IMG/VR virus record: IMGVR_UViG_3300029951_000448
Length of the DNA: 64,000 bases
Direction: 5' to 3' (one strand)
DNA from: an uncultured virus (IMG/VR IMGVR_UViG_3300029951_000448)
Lineage: Duplodnaviria; Heunggongvirae; Uroviricota; Caudoviricetes
Shown here: one piece after another, positions 56,240-64,000 of the stretch
Position numbering within the stretch: the stretch's first letter is position 1
How the letters are laid out: the number at the start of each line of letters is the position of its first letter
Made by a program: the position numbers and the translations under genes
Notes under the pieces: model-generated
What the model was told of the DNA's origin: nothing
Databases searched by the model: none
Seen by the model: the letters and a program-made list of their open reading frames with translations, nothing else

Positions 56240-56581
56240 TTAGCTCGCAGTGACAGCCGAGCCGACTTCAGCGCCAACCGAGGCGGGCGTGATGGTGCCA
56301 GCAGCAGCGACGAGCTTCGCGTTGACTGCGGTGATGATCGCGCCGACCAGTTGAGCGGCGCCGGTAACGGCAGTCGATTCCATCGTCGGTAGCGTGGCCA
56401 TGATGTTCACGAGGAACGCATTGCCCTTCAGGATGGCCGAGGCGGGGTTCACCCACGTTTGCGGATTGGCTTCGATGTCAGCCAGGGTCGATGTGACGAT
56501 GGGAAGGACGTTCTGGAACACGTCCTGGCCGGCGAGTTCGGCGAGTTGAGTGAAAACTTGCGATGCGGTGAGGGTAGTCAT
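56240..56581 (-). CDS. Ala-rich hypothetical protein (lysis region)
   Basis: AAGGA RBS before MTTLTASQ. Confidence 0.7.
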   Translation of the reverse strand: MTTLTASQVFTQLAELAGQDVFQNVLPIVTSTLADIEANPQTWVNPASAILKGNAFLVNIMATLPTMESTAVTGAAQLVGAIITAVNAKLVAAAGTITPASVGAEVGSAVTAS

Positions 56582-56613
56582 TTCAGTTTCCTTGATGGGA
56601 TTGGTTGTTACAG

Positions 56614-56811
56614 TCAAAACGTGTGGTGGAATTTCGAGACGATCGACCAGGTGGTCACGCTCTTTTGGAATTCGATGCTGCCGCTGGTCGAGTTGCTGAG
56701 GCGCCAGTAGGCTTCGCAGCAGGACAACTGATTGGTCATCTGATTTGCTACTGGCAGCACAATCACTCCGCAACCCGAGAGCAGCAGGCAGAGGAGCGCA
56801 ATGCGGATCAT
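56614..56811 (-). CDS. Small lipoprotein
   Basis: MIRIALLCLLLSGC lipobox. Confidence 0.65.
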   Translation of the reverse strand: MIRIALLCLLLSGCGVIVLPVANQMTNQLSCCEAYWRLSNSTSGSIEFQKSVTTWSIVSKFHHTF

Positions 56812-57020
56812 GCTGCCGGAGACTTCTGTGCTTCTACCGCCTGAGCCTTGGCGTCGATCAATCCTTTCGCGGTGTGGCCGAGGTAGATCAGCGTGCCGGT
56901 CAGGATCGGCAGGACTTCAGCCGGAACGGGATGGCCGTACGAGGTGAATAGCCACTGAATCAGGGCTGCCACTGAAGCGGACGTAACGCCGATGCCGGCG
57001 CTAACGAGTGCGTTGTTCAT
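56808..57020 (-). CDS. Holin-like two-TM protein
   Basis: 70 aa, two hydrophobic helices around HPVPAEV, polar tail. Confidence 0.6.
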   Translation of the reverse strand: MNNALVSAGIGVTSASVAALIQWLFTSYGHPVPAEVLPILTGTLIYLGHTAKGLIDAKAQAVEAQKSPAA

Positions 57021-57023
57021 GAG

Positions 57024-57383
57024 TTACTCCGTATCAGCCAAAGGCCGGCGCTTGATCTTGTCCGACCAGTGCGCAGCATCGGTCAGGACTTCGGTGTTGA
57101 AACTGCGGAAATTTCCCAGGTGGCCCACAAAAAGGTGGCAATTGACACCATCCTTATTCGCTTCGCACAACGTCGCGAGGTTGTTGGGATCAAGCTCGAG
57201 ATCGGGATGCAGATGGAAAGGATGGATGTGATGCACCTCGAGCTTTTCCGACCCGCCGCAAACCTCGCAAACCGGATGCAGCGCGAGGTGATTCTTGCGG
57301 ACCGTGGGCCAATGGCCAGAACGAGCGGTGCCTAGCGGGTGTTTGCCTTGAGCAACCCCGATCAAATGCGTTACGATTTGCAT
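57024..57383 (-). CDS. HNH endonuclease (HK97 gp74-like)
   Basis: W..VRK.HL..HPVCEVCG...EVHHI.P......LD.NNL.TLC...CH...H. Confidence 0.85.
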   Translation of the reverse strand: MQIVTHLIGVAQGKHPLGTARSGHWPTVRKNHLALHPVCEVCGGSEKLEVHHIHPFHLHPDLELDPNNLATLCEANKDGVNCHLFVGHLGNFRSFNTEVLTDAAHWSDKIKRRPLADTE

Positions 57384-57394
57384 GGACGTAAACG

Positions 57395-57420
57395 AAAAAA
57401 GCCGCCCCGAAGGACGGCTT
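57395..57420 (-). terminator. Rho-independent terminator
   Basis: Minus strand AAGCCGTCC-TTCG-GGGCGGC-TTTTTT. Confidence 0.8.
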
Positions 57421-57439
57421 GTGTGATTGAGTTGGAGTT

Positions 57440-58186
57440 CTACGGATTCAGCACTTCGACCGAATACCAGTAAAGCGTCACCGTCTCCGTTGTGGCTCCC
57501 GGTGCGGCTGTAATCGTGAGAGTCTGTGCGGCAGTCATATTGACCGCAGATGTGACAGGTGCAGATGTTCCACTGCTGACGACGCCGATCGGAAGTGCTA
57601 TCTGGGATTGCTGCGAGTTCTGGCTAACGATGTCGCACTGAAGGACGTACGAGACTGAGGCGCTCGCGATCATCATCATCGCGGTACCCGCCAGGCGCAC
57701 TCTCAGCGTATGACTTGCCGTGGCGACAGAGGACCATCCCATCGTGACGCGAATCCGGCCCGATGCGCCCATGGCATTTGCCGGAATCGTAATCGTGGCA
57801 AGCGTCGTCTCGGTAGTCGTACTGGTGACCGAAGCGGCAACGCCCGATTGAGCAATGACCTGTGCAACGCCATGGCCACCGACTTTCGAGACGGTCGGAT
57901 TCGGCAATGAGCCGGTCAGGTCGCCGGATAGCGCGCCAACATTCGATGCTGCGGCACCGCTTGCCAGATTGCTTGCGGCGACTGAACCGGGCGTCGCTGA
58001 GAGATACGCGGACGGATTGATCGACGCTGCAGCTTCTTCTGCTGCTGTAGCTGAATTGGCCGCCGCAATAGCACTAGCCGCCGAGTTCGTGACCGCCTGC
58101 GTGATCTGTTGGTTGACAGCAGGGCTGAGTGTGCCGAGCTGGATCGTTTGCGCGGATCCATTCACGGTGATGGTTAGCGCACTCAT
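57440..58186 (-). CDS. Secondary fibre/spike-like structural protein
   Basis: Ala/Ser/Thr-rich; SGDLTGSLPNPTV motif; beta-sandwich-like C-terminus. Confidence 0.65.
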   Translation of the reverse strand: MSALTITVNGSAQTIQLGTLSPAVNQQITQAVTNSAASAIAAANSATAAEEAAASINPSAYLSATPGSVAASNLASGAAASNVGALSGDLTGSLPNPTVSKVGGHGVAQVIAQSGVAASVTSTTTETTLATITIPANAMGASGRIRVTMGWSSVATASHTLRVRLAGTAMMMIASASVSYVLQCDIVSQNSQQSQIALPIGVVSSGTSAPVTSAVNMTAAQTLTITAAPGATTETVTLYWYSVEVLNP

Positions 58187-58611
58187 GGCGTCACACAAGG
58201 GTCAAGAGACACAGTGCCTTCCAGCAGATAGCCAACGTTGCCGGACGGGTCCGTATATTGCAAATCGTAGACGCCGAGGGATGAGACGGGCAGGCCAGCC
58301 AGGGAGTTACCCGACGCGAAGCCGCTAGGCGTCAGGCCTATGGTGTCGGCATGAGCGAAGACTAGGGCAATCGTTCCCGCCGCTCCGCCATTCTGGATTT
58401 CACTTCCGCCCGCTGTCGGCGCCGTACTGTTCAGTGTGAGAACTGCTACGGTTGACGTGACGAAAGCGCGGATCGTCAAGACAAAGTTATAGCCAGTCAG
58501 ATTCATGGCCGCACCGTTGTCATTGGTCCACGCCATGGCGATGGTCGTGTCCGCGCCAGCCTTCAGGGTAAAGCTGAACTGCCCAACGCCGGATGTCGTT
58601 GTGAGTGCCAT
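58183..58611 (-). CDS. Fibre adaptor (BppU-like) structural protein
   Basis: MNLTGY...IR....GVYDLQYTDPSG.V..LLEGTV pattern. Confidence 0.65.
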   Translation of the reverse strand: MALTTTSGVGQFSFTLKAGADTTIAMAWTNDNGAAMNLTGYNFVLTIRAFVTSTVAVLTLNSTAPTAGGSEIQNGGAAGTIALVFAHADTIGLTPSGFASGNSLAGLPVSSLGVYDLQYTDPSGNVGYLLEGTVSLDPCVTP

Positions 58612-58644
58612 GTATGCCTGGGCTATGGTGAGGGGATGCGGGAG

Positions 58645-59082
58645 TCAGGCGGGGTCTGGCGTAACGAACAATGCGCGTTCAGCGAGACGGCGGCGCAGCA
58701 GTCCAGCAACCACGACACCGCCAGCCAAATCCCACTCTTCGAATTCGTTCGCGGCGCCTTCAATATCGCGCGCGTTGAGCAACTTCAGCAGCGTCGAACC
58801 GGCGAAATTGCCGATGCCGAGATTGAACGTGAAGTCGACGAGAGCATCGAACTCGTCTTGCGACATGGCGATATGGACGAGGCGATTTACCGCGGCAACT
58901 GCGTTCGCTACATCAGCGAGCAGCCATTGTTCGGCTTGTGCCTGAGTGCAGGTCATGCCCTCAACAACGCCTAGCGTGTGGCCGTAGCCGATCGTCCAGA
59001 TGCCGGCCGAATCCTGGTACGCAACAAGACGACAGCCTTCGAAGGATTCCGTCAGGGCGAGACCGCTTTTCGAGTACTGCAT
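58645..59082 (-). CDS. Endolysin (GH24 lysozyme)
   Basis: FEGCRLVAYQDSAGIWTIGYGHT (E-8x-D-5x-T), FDALVDFTFNLG, GLLRRRLAERALF. Confidence 0.95.
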   Translation of the reverse strand: MQYSKSGLALTESFEGCRLVAYQDSAGIWTIGYGHTLGVVEGMTCTQAQAEQWLLADVANAVAAVNRLVHIAMSQDEFDALVDFTFNLGIGNFAGSTLLKLLNARDIEGAANEFEEWDLAGGVVVAGLLRRRLAERALFVTPDPA

Positions 59083-59089
59083 GGCTACC

Positions 59090-59386
59090 TCACTTGTCAG
59101 CCTTCCCATTAATCTGCTGTTGCAGTCCACTGAAGCTCGTTCGCATCTCTGTAGATAGGTCGCGGATCGAATCAATGAGGCGTGTGATATCGGCAGAGAG
59201 TTGATTGACGGATCGCGTCAGATCAGCCTCGGTGACGAAGTGCCCTTCGGCATAGGTCTTGTACTTCGCCAGATCCTTCTCGAGAGAGCCCACCCGGTTC
59301 ACGATCCACCAGAACAGAGCGCCCGAGAAAGTGAGAAACGCCGCCAGGATGACACCGACGATCTGCGCAATGAGTTCCATGCTCAT
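59090..59386 (-). CDS. Holin/antiholin-like single-TM coiled-coil protein
   Basis: N-terminal TM helix plus coiled coil, directly before the endolysin. Confidence 0.6.
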   Translation of the reverse strand: MSMELIAQIVGVILAAFLTFSGALFWWIVNRVGSLEKDLAKYKTYAEGHFVTEADLTRSVNQLSADITRLIDSIRDLSTEMRTSFSGLQQQINGKADK

Positions 59387-59416
59387 GTGTACTGCCCTGT
59401 TGGTTACTGGAAATAG

Positions 59417-59439
59417 AAAAGCCTCCGAGAGGGAGGCTT
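59417..59439 (-). terminator. Terminator-like hairpin upstream of the lysis genes
   Basis: Minus strand AAGCCTCC-CTCTC-GGAGGC-TTTT. Confidence 0.6.
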
Positions 59440-59453
59440 ATGTTATTTGTTAC

Positions 59454-59482
59454 TTGACAAATAGGTCCGATGGGCCTACCTT
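59454..59482 (+). promoter_or_regulatory. Moron promoter with palindromic operator
   Basis: TTGACA-17 bp-TACCTT overlapped by TAGGTCC-GAT-GGGCCTA. Confidence 0.7.
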
Positions 59483-59535
59483 ATCCGTACTGGTACCTCG
59501 CACACCGCGAGGTCCGATATCCCGAAAGGACGATC

Positions 59536-60705
59536 ATGAAACTCAGCTTTCGTGCGATTTTTCGCGCGCTTGGAATTCCCGATGCACTACGAACCACCCA
59601 CACCGGAACAGATCGAGGCGCTGAAAAAAACACTCGGCATGGACGGAAACCAGATGGCCGATCTGTTCGGAATTGCGGACAGGCGCGCGTTTCGCCGGTA
59701 CACAGCCAGAAATGGGAAGGACGAAAACAAGCGGCAGATCAGCGCGTACATGCTCTTCTTCGCCATGGCAAGGCTCGAATTGAGCGACGAGGCTATCGAA
59801 CGAATCCTTGCTCGCATGCGGCAGGCAGGGGCTACGATCGATCTGTCGGCATCCGCTGGCGACTCGCAGCAGTAGCCGCGCTGTCGGCATGTCTTGCTGC
59901 GTGCGGCGGCGGTTCAGGCGCAAACCCGACAGACGTAGTCAAGCCCGTCATTCCGGCATCTACGCTAGCCAGTTCGCCAGTAGCGGCATCCTCGCCGGCC
60001 CCCGCGTCAAGTCCCGCGGCATCTGCACCTTTGGCCGGATCCACGCCAGCAGCACCGTCAGCCATGGCATCAACTCCAGCCATTGGCATCGTCTTCTATG
60101 GCGACGATCAGGTATTTGGCGATGTCATCAACCAGTTCGGCATGGTGACCCTGACTTCGCCGACCGAGCCGGCTGCGCTCCAATCCCTTCTGCAATCCAG
60201 TCTCAACGACTCTGGCGTGACGGTGGCGAACTCGTCATCAGGCGGAACATCGTCATCGCTGCAGAACGAACTCGCCGGCATGGACGGGATGGGCCAAGGC
60301 GAACCCGCGCGAATGATCGCCTCGGGCGCCAAGGTCACCGTCCAGGCGCATTCAATCAATGACTTCCTAGGTGGCGAAACAGTCGAGGAATATCAGGCGG
60401 ATCTCGTCACATGGGTTGAGGATGCGCAGGCAAACGGCATCCAGCCGGTCTTGCAGGAACCGTCTCCGGTTTGCGATGCGAGCAACCCACTCCAATCGGA
60501 ATATGTCGCTGCGATTGATAGCGTCGGGCAGCAACTCAATGTGCCGGTGATTCCGATATACAACTACGTGCAATCGCTGCCAGACTGGTCTGCGCACATG
60601 CAGAGTTGCGAGATTCCGGATGCGTACCTGGATCAACTGGAGGCGGAACAAGCACAAGCGATCATCGCGCCGCTCGTCAAAGCAATTATCGGAGGTCAAT
60701 CATGA
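59536..60705 (+). CDS. SGNH/GDSL hydrolase-like lipoprotein (start uncertain)
   Basis: Lipobox LAAC-GGGSG, Pro/Ala/Ser linker, FYGDD (block I variant), SIND (block III), IPD (block V variant). Confidence 0.7.
   Translation: MKLSFRAIFRALGIPDALRTTHTGTDRGAEKNTRHGRKPDGRSVRNCGQARVSPVHSQKWEGRKQAADQRVHALLRHGKARIERRGYRTNPCSHAAGRGYDRSVGIRWRLAAVAALSACLAACGGGSGANPTDVVKPVIPASTLASSPVAASSPAPASSPAASAPLAGSTPAAPSAMASTPAIGIVFYGDDQVFGDVINQFGMVTLTSPTEPAALQSLLQSSLNDSGVTVANSSSGGTSSSLQNELAGMDGMGQGEPARMIASGAKVTVQAHSINDFLGGETVEEYQADLVTWVEDAQANGIQPVLQEPSPVCDASNPLQSEYVAAIDSVGQQLNVPVIPIYNYVQSLPDWSAHMQSCEIPDAYLDQLEAEQAQAIIAPLVKAIIGGQS
59582..59875 (+). CDS. HTH regulator (KorC/XRE-like)
   Basis: YEPPTPEQIEALKKTLGMDGNQMADLFGIADRRAFRRYT. 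Confidence 0.75.
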   Translation: MHYEPPTPEQIEALKKTLGMDGNQMADLFGIADRRAFRRYTARNGKDENKRQISAYMLFFAMARLELSDEAIERILARMRQAGATIDLSASAGDSQQ

Positions 60706-61442
60706 AGCGCTCCGCGAGAAACACTGTCAGTCGTGGCCGTGGCTGGCGTGCGGCAGCTGTTGCCGCAACTATGGGATGCGCTTCTGTGTCTCATGCCGAT
60801 GGCATTGATGACTACGTCCATCTAGAACTCGGTGCCGGTGCGTCGAGATACGAACACCAGGCGGATGGCACGTGGTGGCAAGAGGGCATGCAGCACGATC
60901 TCGGTCTAAGCGCACCAGTGCTGATGCTTGGCCTGACTGGGCCGCTGTACACCCGAGAATCGTGGGGCATCGACTGGCATATCGACTATGTTTCGCTCGG
61001 GCACGTATCGAGCCAGTGCGAATGCACGCCCGACGACTCTAATTACAATACCCAGACCCATCAGCTAAATCCGGTGCTGCACGCTGTACCGAACGCCAAT
61101 TTCGTCGGCAACGGGAACGCCCAAGGCGTAGCGCTTACGATCGAACCGTACTTCCGGTATCAAAAATGGCGCTTCGGCATCGAGGGCGGCCTGTTCCCTT
61201 ACCGGCCCGACTGGAACGAGACCATCTACGGCTGGCAGGGCAATACGAGCGTGGCTCCGCAAACCCTGCACGCCGATACGCCGCACGCGTGGCAACTCGG
61301 CGAGGTTGTTGGCGTGTCGGTCAGCCGCGGGCCATTCTCTGTCGCCTATCAACACTATTTCATGCCCACCCGGTTCGACGCGCAGCACTCTCCGGCGATC
61401 TGGAAAGGGGCGGATGTGGTGATGGTGAAGTACCGGTTCTAG
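60702..61442 (+). CDS. Outer-membrane beta-barrel protein
   Basis: Signal peptide ending SHA; alternating amphipathic strands; C-terminal VKYRF. Confidence 0.7.
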   Translation: MKRSARNTVSRGRGWRAAAVAATMGCASVSHADGIDDYVHLELGAGASRYEHQADGTWWQEGMQHDLGLSAPVLMLGLTGPLYTRESWGIDWHIDYVSLGHVSSQCECTPDDSNYNTQTHQLNPVLHAVPNANFVGNGNAQGVALTIEPYFRYQKWRFGIEGGLFPYRPDWNETIYGWQGNTSVAPQTLHADTPHAWQLGEVVGVSVSRGPFSVAYQHYFMPTRFDAQHSPAIWKGADVVMVKYRF

Positions 61443-61454
61443 CCGAAGAATCGT

Positions 61455-62423
61455 CTACAGTCGGTTGCTCTTTCGAAGAACAAAGAACAGGTCATCTGAG
61501 CGGATTTTCTTGGACGCGATCATTTCACGCTCAATGATTTGGAGCAGCCGCACTATCGCTACATGGTCTGGGTTGTCCGCAAAAAAATTGCCGGCGCGAT
61601 ATTGAAGAAGCCAGCGCAGCAGCGTGCCGCCCATTGGCTTCATGTCTACGACCGGGAAATTCGAAAACAGAAGCGTTCGGAGATCGGAGCTTCTAACAGA
61701 TTCCGATACGTCGGCGTCACGCACCTCCTTAATGGTGCCAACTTCAAACCTTTCTGTGATCGCCCCCTCATTGTCCCGGAGATCGCGCCGGAAACTAGGG
61801 GGCAACAGATCGAACAACTCGATGATGATCGGCAGCACATCATGCTCGATCTGGAATCTGGTCGGCCCGAAGAAATCGATGCCGACAAAAATCCCATCGT
61901 CCTTCAAATAGCGATTGACGGCTGGCAAGAATGCTTCGAGGTCGGTAGCGTGGTGAATTGCGTGGCAACAAAACACAACATCGAACTGCTCGTCGAGTTC
62001 CACGGGGTGATTAAAGTCAAACGCCTTGAACTCTGTCGAAACCAGTGGAAAGTCCTGGCCAAATCGCGATGACGCGTGAGTCCGCAGACTCGAATCATAT
62101 TCCAGCCCAACTAAACGGGATATAGGCCACGCATGCTGGCCGAGTAGCGTCGCCTCGATATGACCACTGCCGGAACCCAGCGATAGCATGCTCAGAGTGG
62201 GGCTGCCCGCCGCGCTGTTGGCAAGAGGCTGAATATGCTCTCTTCTAGCGTACGCCGCCCAGTGTCCGCCGTCTTCGATGGGGCGGCTAGAAACCAGTTC
62301 ATTGACATATGCTCGCATGCCCGGTGCATGCATCCAGTCCAGCTTCTTTCGCATCTCCTGCCACTCAGCCGACAGGGTGTGGCGGGTCGCCGTTACTTGA
62401 TGATGCTCGGGTTGTTGTTCCAT
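61455..62423 (-). CDS. Class I SAM-dependent methyltransferase
   Basis: LSLGSGSG, GLE, FDVVFCCHAIHH, LKDDGIF motifs. Confidence 0.88.
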   Translation of the reverse strand: MEQQPEHHQVTATRHTLSAEWQEMRKKLDWMHAPGMRAYVNELVSSRPIEDGGHWAAYARREHIQPLANSAAGSPTLSMLSLGSGSGHIEATLLGQHAWPISRLVGLEYDSSLRTHASSRFGQDFPLVSTEFKAFDFNHPVELDEQFDVVFCCHAIHHATDLEAFLPAVNRYLKDDGIFVGIDFFGPTRFQIEHDVLPIIIELFDLLPPSFRRDLRDNEGAITERFEVGTIKEVRDADVSESVRSSDLRTLLFSNFPVVDMKPMGGTLLRWLLQYRAGNFFADNPDHVAIVRLLQIIEREMIASKKIRSDDLFFVLRKSNRL

Positions 62424-62504
62424 GGTGCGAGATGTCCGATTGAAGGGCCAATTAGTCAGCGCATACTAGCAGAATGGCTACCTCAATCGGGCATCATCGC
62501 GAGC

Positions 62505-62753
62505 TCAAATTGCCGTTCCTTGCGGTGGTGCGAAGGACCATGCGCCATTCGCTTCTACGGCCGTCCACCAACACGCCGGCTGAGGCGTCGCAGCCGTGAT
62601 GTCGACGAGATCCGCGACAAACTCCGCAGTGAACCGATCGTTAATAGGAACCTCGTTGCCTTCTGCGTCCGTTGCGGGACCGATGATTTCCATCACCGTA
62701 GGTTGCGAGAATGTCGAATCAATGCGCGCGTACGTTTTCACGATGGTCCTCAT
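62505..62753 (-). CDS. Tail fibre assembly-like protein
   Basis: KTYARI....V.EII....F..EFV..LVDIT.....W......F.PP; coupled to the fibre gene. Confidence 0.7.
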   Translation of the reverse strand: MRTIVKTYARIDSTFSQPTVMEIIGPATDAEGNEVPINDRFTAEFVADLVDITAATPQPACWWTAVEANGAWSFAPPQGTAI

Positions 62754-64000
62754 GCGTATTCGTAAATGACTATCTGGCCTTTGACGCCCGCACCCCCCAC
62801 CTGTGCGGCGCCACTCGATGCGGTGAATGACCCTGAGCCGCCTTGACCAAACTGCGAACCGCTAGCGCCAGTCCCGGTGCCAGAACTCCCGACAATGCCG
62901 CCGCTATAACCCGGCGATATGCCTCCTGTCCCGGATATTGCAACGCCTGAATTAATACAGATAATGCCCATGCCGGCATTTCCCGGCTGGGTAAGAATAG
63001 TTTCAAGTACTGCACCAATCGTAGGATTTGGCAATGTAGTCGAATTGCCCGCTATGATCGGTCCCGGGGTCGGCCCCTGTGGGCCGCCTCCGGGACCGCC
63101 TGGGCATGACGCTAGCGTACCCAGGCTACTGGTACCGCCAGTTTGGCCCGGGGCGCCGGTTCCTGCAGTACTGCCGGCCGCACCGACAGTCCCGGCAATC
63201 GAAGTCACACCCGACAGCGAAAATCGAATTACTGCGCGGCTACCCGAGTGTCCTGCGGTTCCAAATCCGGCTGTGCTCGAAGTCGCTGCAGGACTGCCAC
63301 CACCTTGTCCGCCGCCTCCCTGAATGTCGGCAATGGCCGTCGTAGCGCCTGGCGTCGGCGTATAGGTGAATGCTCCCGGCGTGTTGAAGATCTGGACATT
63401 GAGCAACCGCCCCGTTGCCTGCCCAAGCTGCATGGCATGCTGGGATGCGGTGGCGGGGGCGATTTGAATTGCAGCGCCCGTGCATTCAACGAGTACCCAC
63501 GAAGTGACGTCCTGACGCCAGATCAGGTTTGCGCGACCGCCGGCAATCAGTTCGCCGCCTTGCAGTGCTGAATGTGCCGCGCCGATGACGGGCGATGCGG
63601 TGACGACACCGGGGTTCGGCGTGAAGGTCGATGCACCTGTGTTGGCTGTCTTGATCTTGACCCAGACGTCCATTCCATCGGTCAGCGTCGCGACCGGGAT
63701 GGGGAAGGTGGCCTGATACGTGTTCGCGCTGCCGTTGTCGACCCCGTACGTCAGGTTGCTCGTCAGGATAGATTGCAGGATGCCGTTAGGCAGGATCGGC
63801 GAGCCCGTGTATTGGGCGATGTTGCTGGAGGTCAGCGACGTGGCGCCAAACGGCACCGTGACGACCCAGATACCGATCCAGCCGGTGTCGGGTGACGGAG
63901 TGACCTGGCTGCCGGTCGTGGCCGCAGTGCCCGCCTTGATCTGATAGGCAACAACGCCATCACGGAACGTGTTCGACGTCGATCCGCTGTTGTTCGGGCC
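62750..64000 (-). CDS. Tail fibre protein (N-terminus outside the window)
   Basis: Frame open to the window edge (GPNNSG..KAGTAATTGSQVTPSPDTGW); APATASQHA motif and Gly-rich C-terminal domain. Confidence 0.88.
   Translation of the reverse strand, partial: GPNNSGSTSNTFRDGVVAYQIKAGTAATTGSQVTPSPDTGWIGIWVVTVPFGATSLTSSNIAQYTGSPILPNGILQSILTSNLTYGVDNGSANTYQATFPIPVATLTDGMDVWVKIKTANTGASTFTPNPGVVTASPVIGAAHSALQGGELIAGGRANLIWRQDVTSWVLVECTGAAIQIAPATASQHAMQLGQATGRLLNVQIFNTPGAFTYTPTPGATTAIADIQGGGGQGGGSPAATSSTAGFGTAGHSGSRAVIRFSLSGVTSIAGTVGAAGSTAGTGAPGQTGGTSSLGTLASCPGGPGGGPQGPTPGPIIAGNSTTLPNPTIGAVLETILTQPGNAGMGIICINSGVAISGTGGISPGYSGGIVGSSGTGTGASGSQFGQGGSGSFTASSGAAQVGGAGVKGQIVIYEYA

Noticed and set aside
62750..64000. 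Diversity-generating retroelement or invertible tail-fibre cassette
   Set aside because: No reverse transcriptase, template/variable repeat pair or invertase seen in the window.

Overview
The window is almost the whole genome of one temperate, contractile-tailed (myovirus-type) dsDNA phage. It is read in circularly permuted form: baseplate genes run off position 1 and the tail-fibre gene runs off position 64000. An intact attP carrying the 3' half of tRNA-His lies at about 53.4 kb with phage DNA on both sides, so this is the excised or virion form, not an integrated prophage. A Burkholderiaceae-type betaproteobacterial host is an inference from composition and gene content. Layout: 1-21.2 kb is the minus-strand late operon (terminase, portal, scaffold, capsid, neck, sheath, tube, frameshifted chaperone, tape measure, baseplate). 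21-33.3 kb is the minus-strand early-right operon (cro, cII-like, DUF1376, SF2 helicase, primase, HD hydrolase, ParB-N, NinG, Q). 33.3-35.3 kb is a lambdoid immunity region with a Phd/Doc-like pair. 35.3-53.3 kb is the plus-strand early-left operon (RecT/YqaJ, many small genes, xis, int). 53.5-55.6 kb holds LexA-boxed accessory genes, and 55.6-64 kb holds lysis, moron and tail-fibre genes. The most notable observations are: (i) a ~690-nt nested, highly paired non-coding element at 36.1-36.8 kb containing a kissing-loop domain and a tRNA-shaped scaffold with a large D-loop insert; (ii) a candidate DNA-modification set (2OG-Fe(II) oxygenase, C5-MTase-like protein lacking motif I, two Mom/GNAT-like proteins, ASCH domain) plus a phage acyl-carrier-like protein; (iii) an HslV-like peptidase in the neck module; (iv) a moron whose SGNH lipoprotein ORF fully overlaps an HTH regulator gene. 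All calls come from motif reading by eye; no database searches or folding programs were run.
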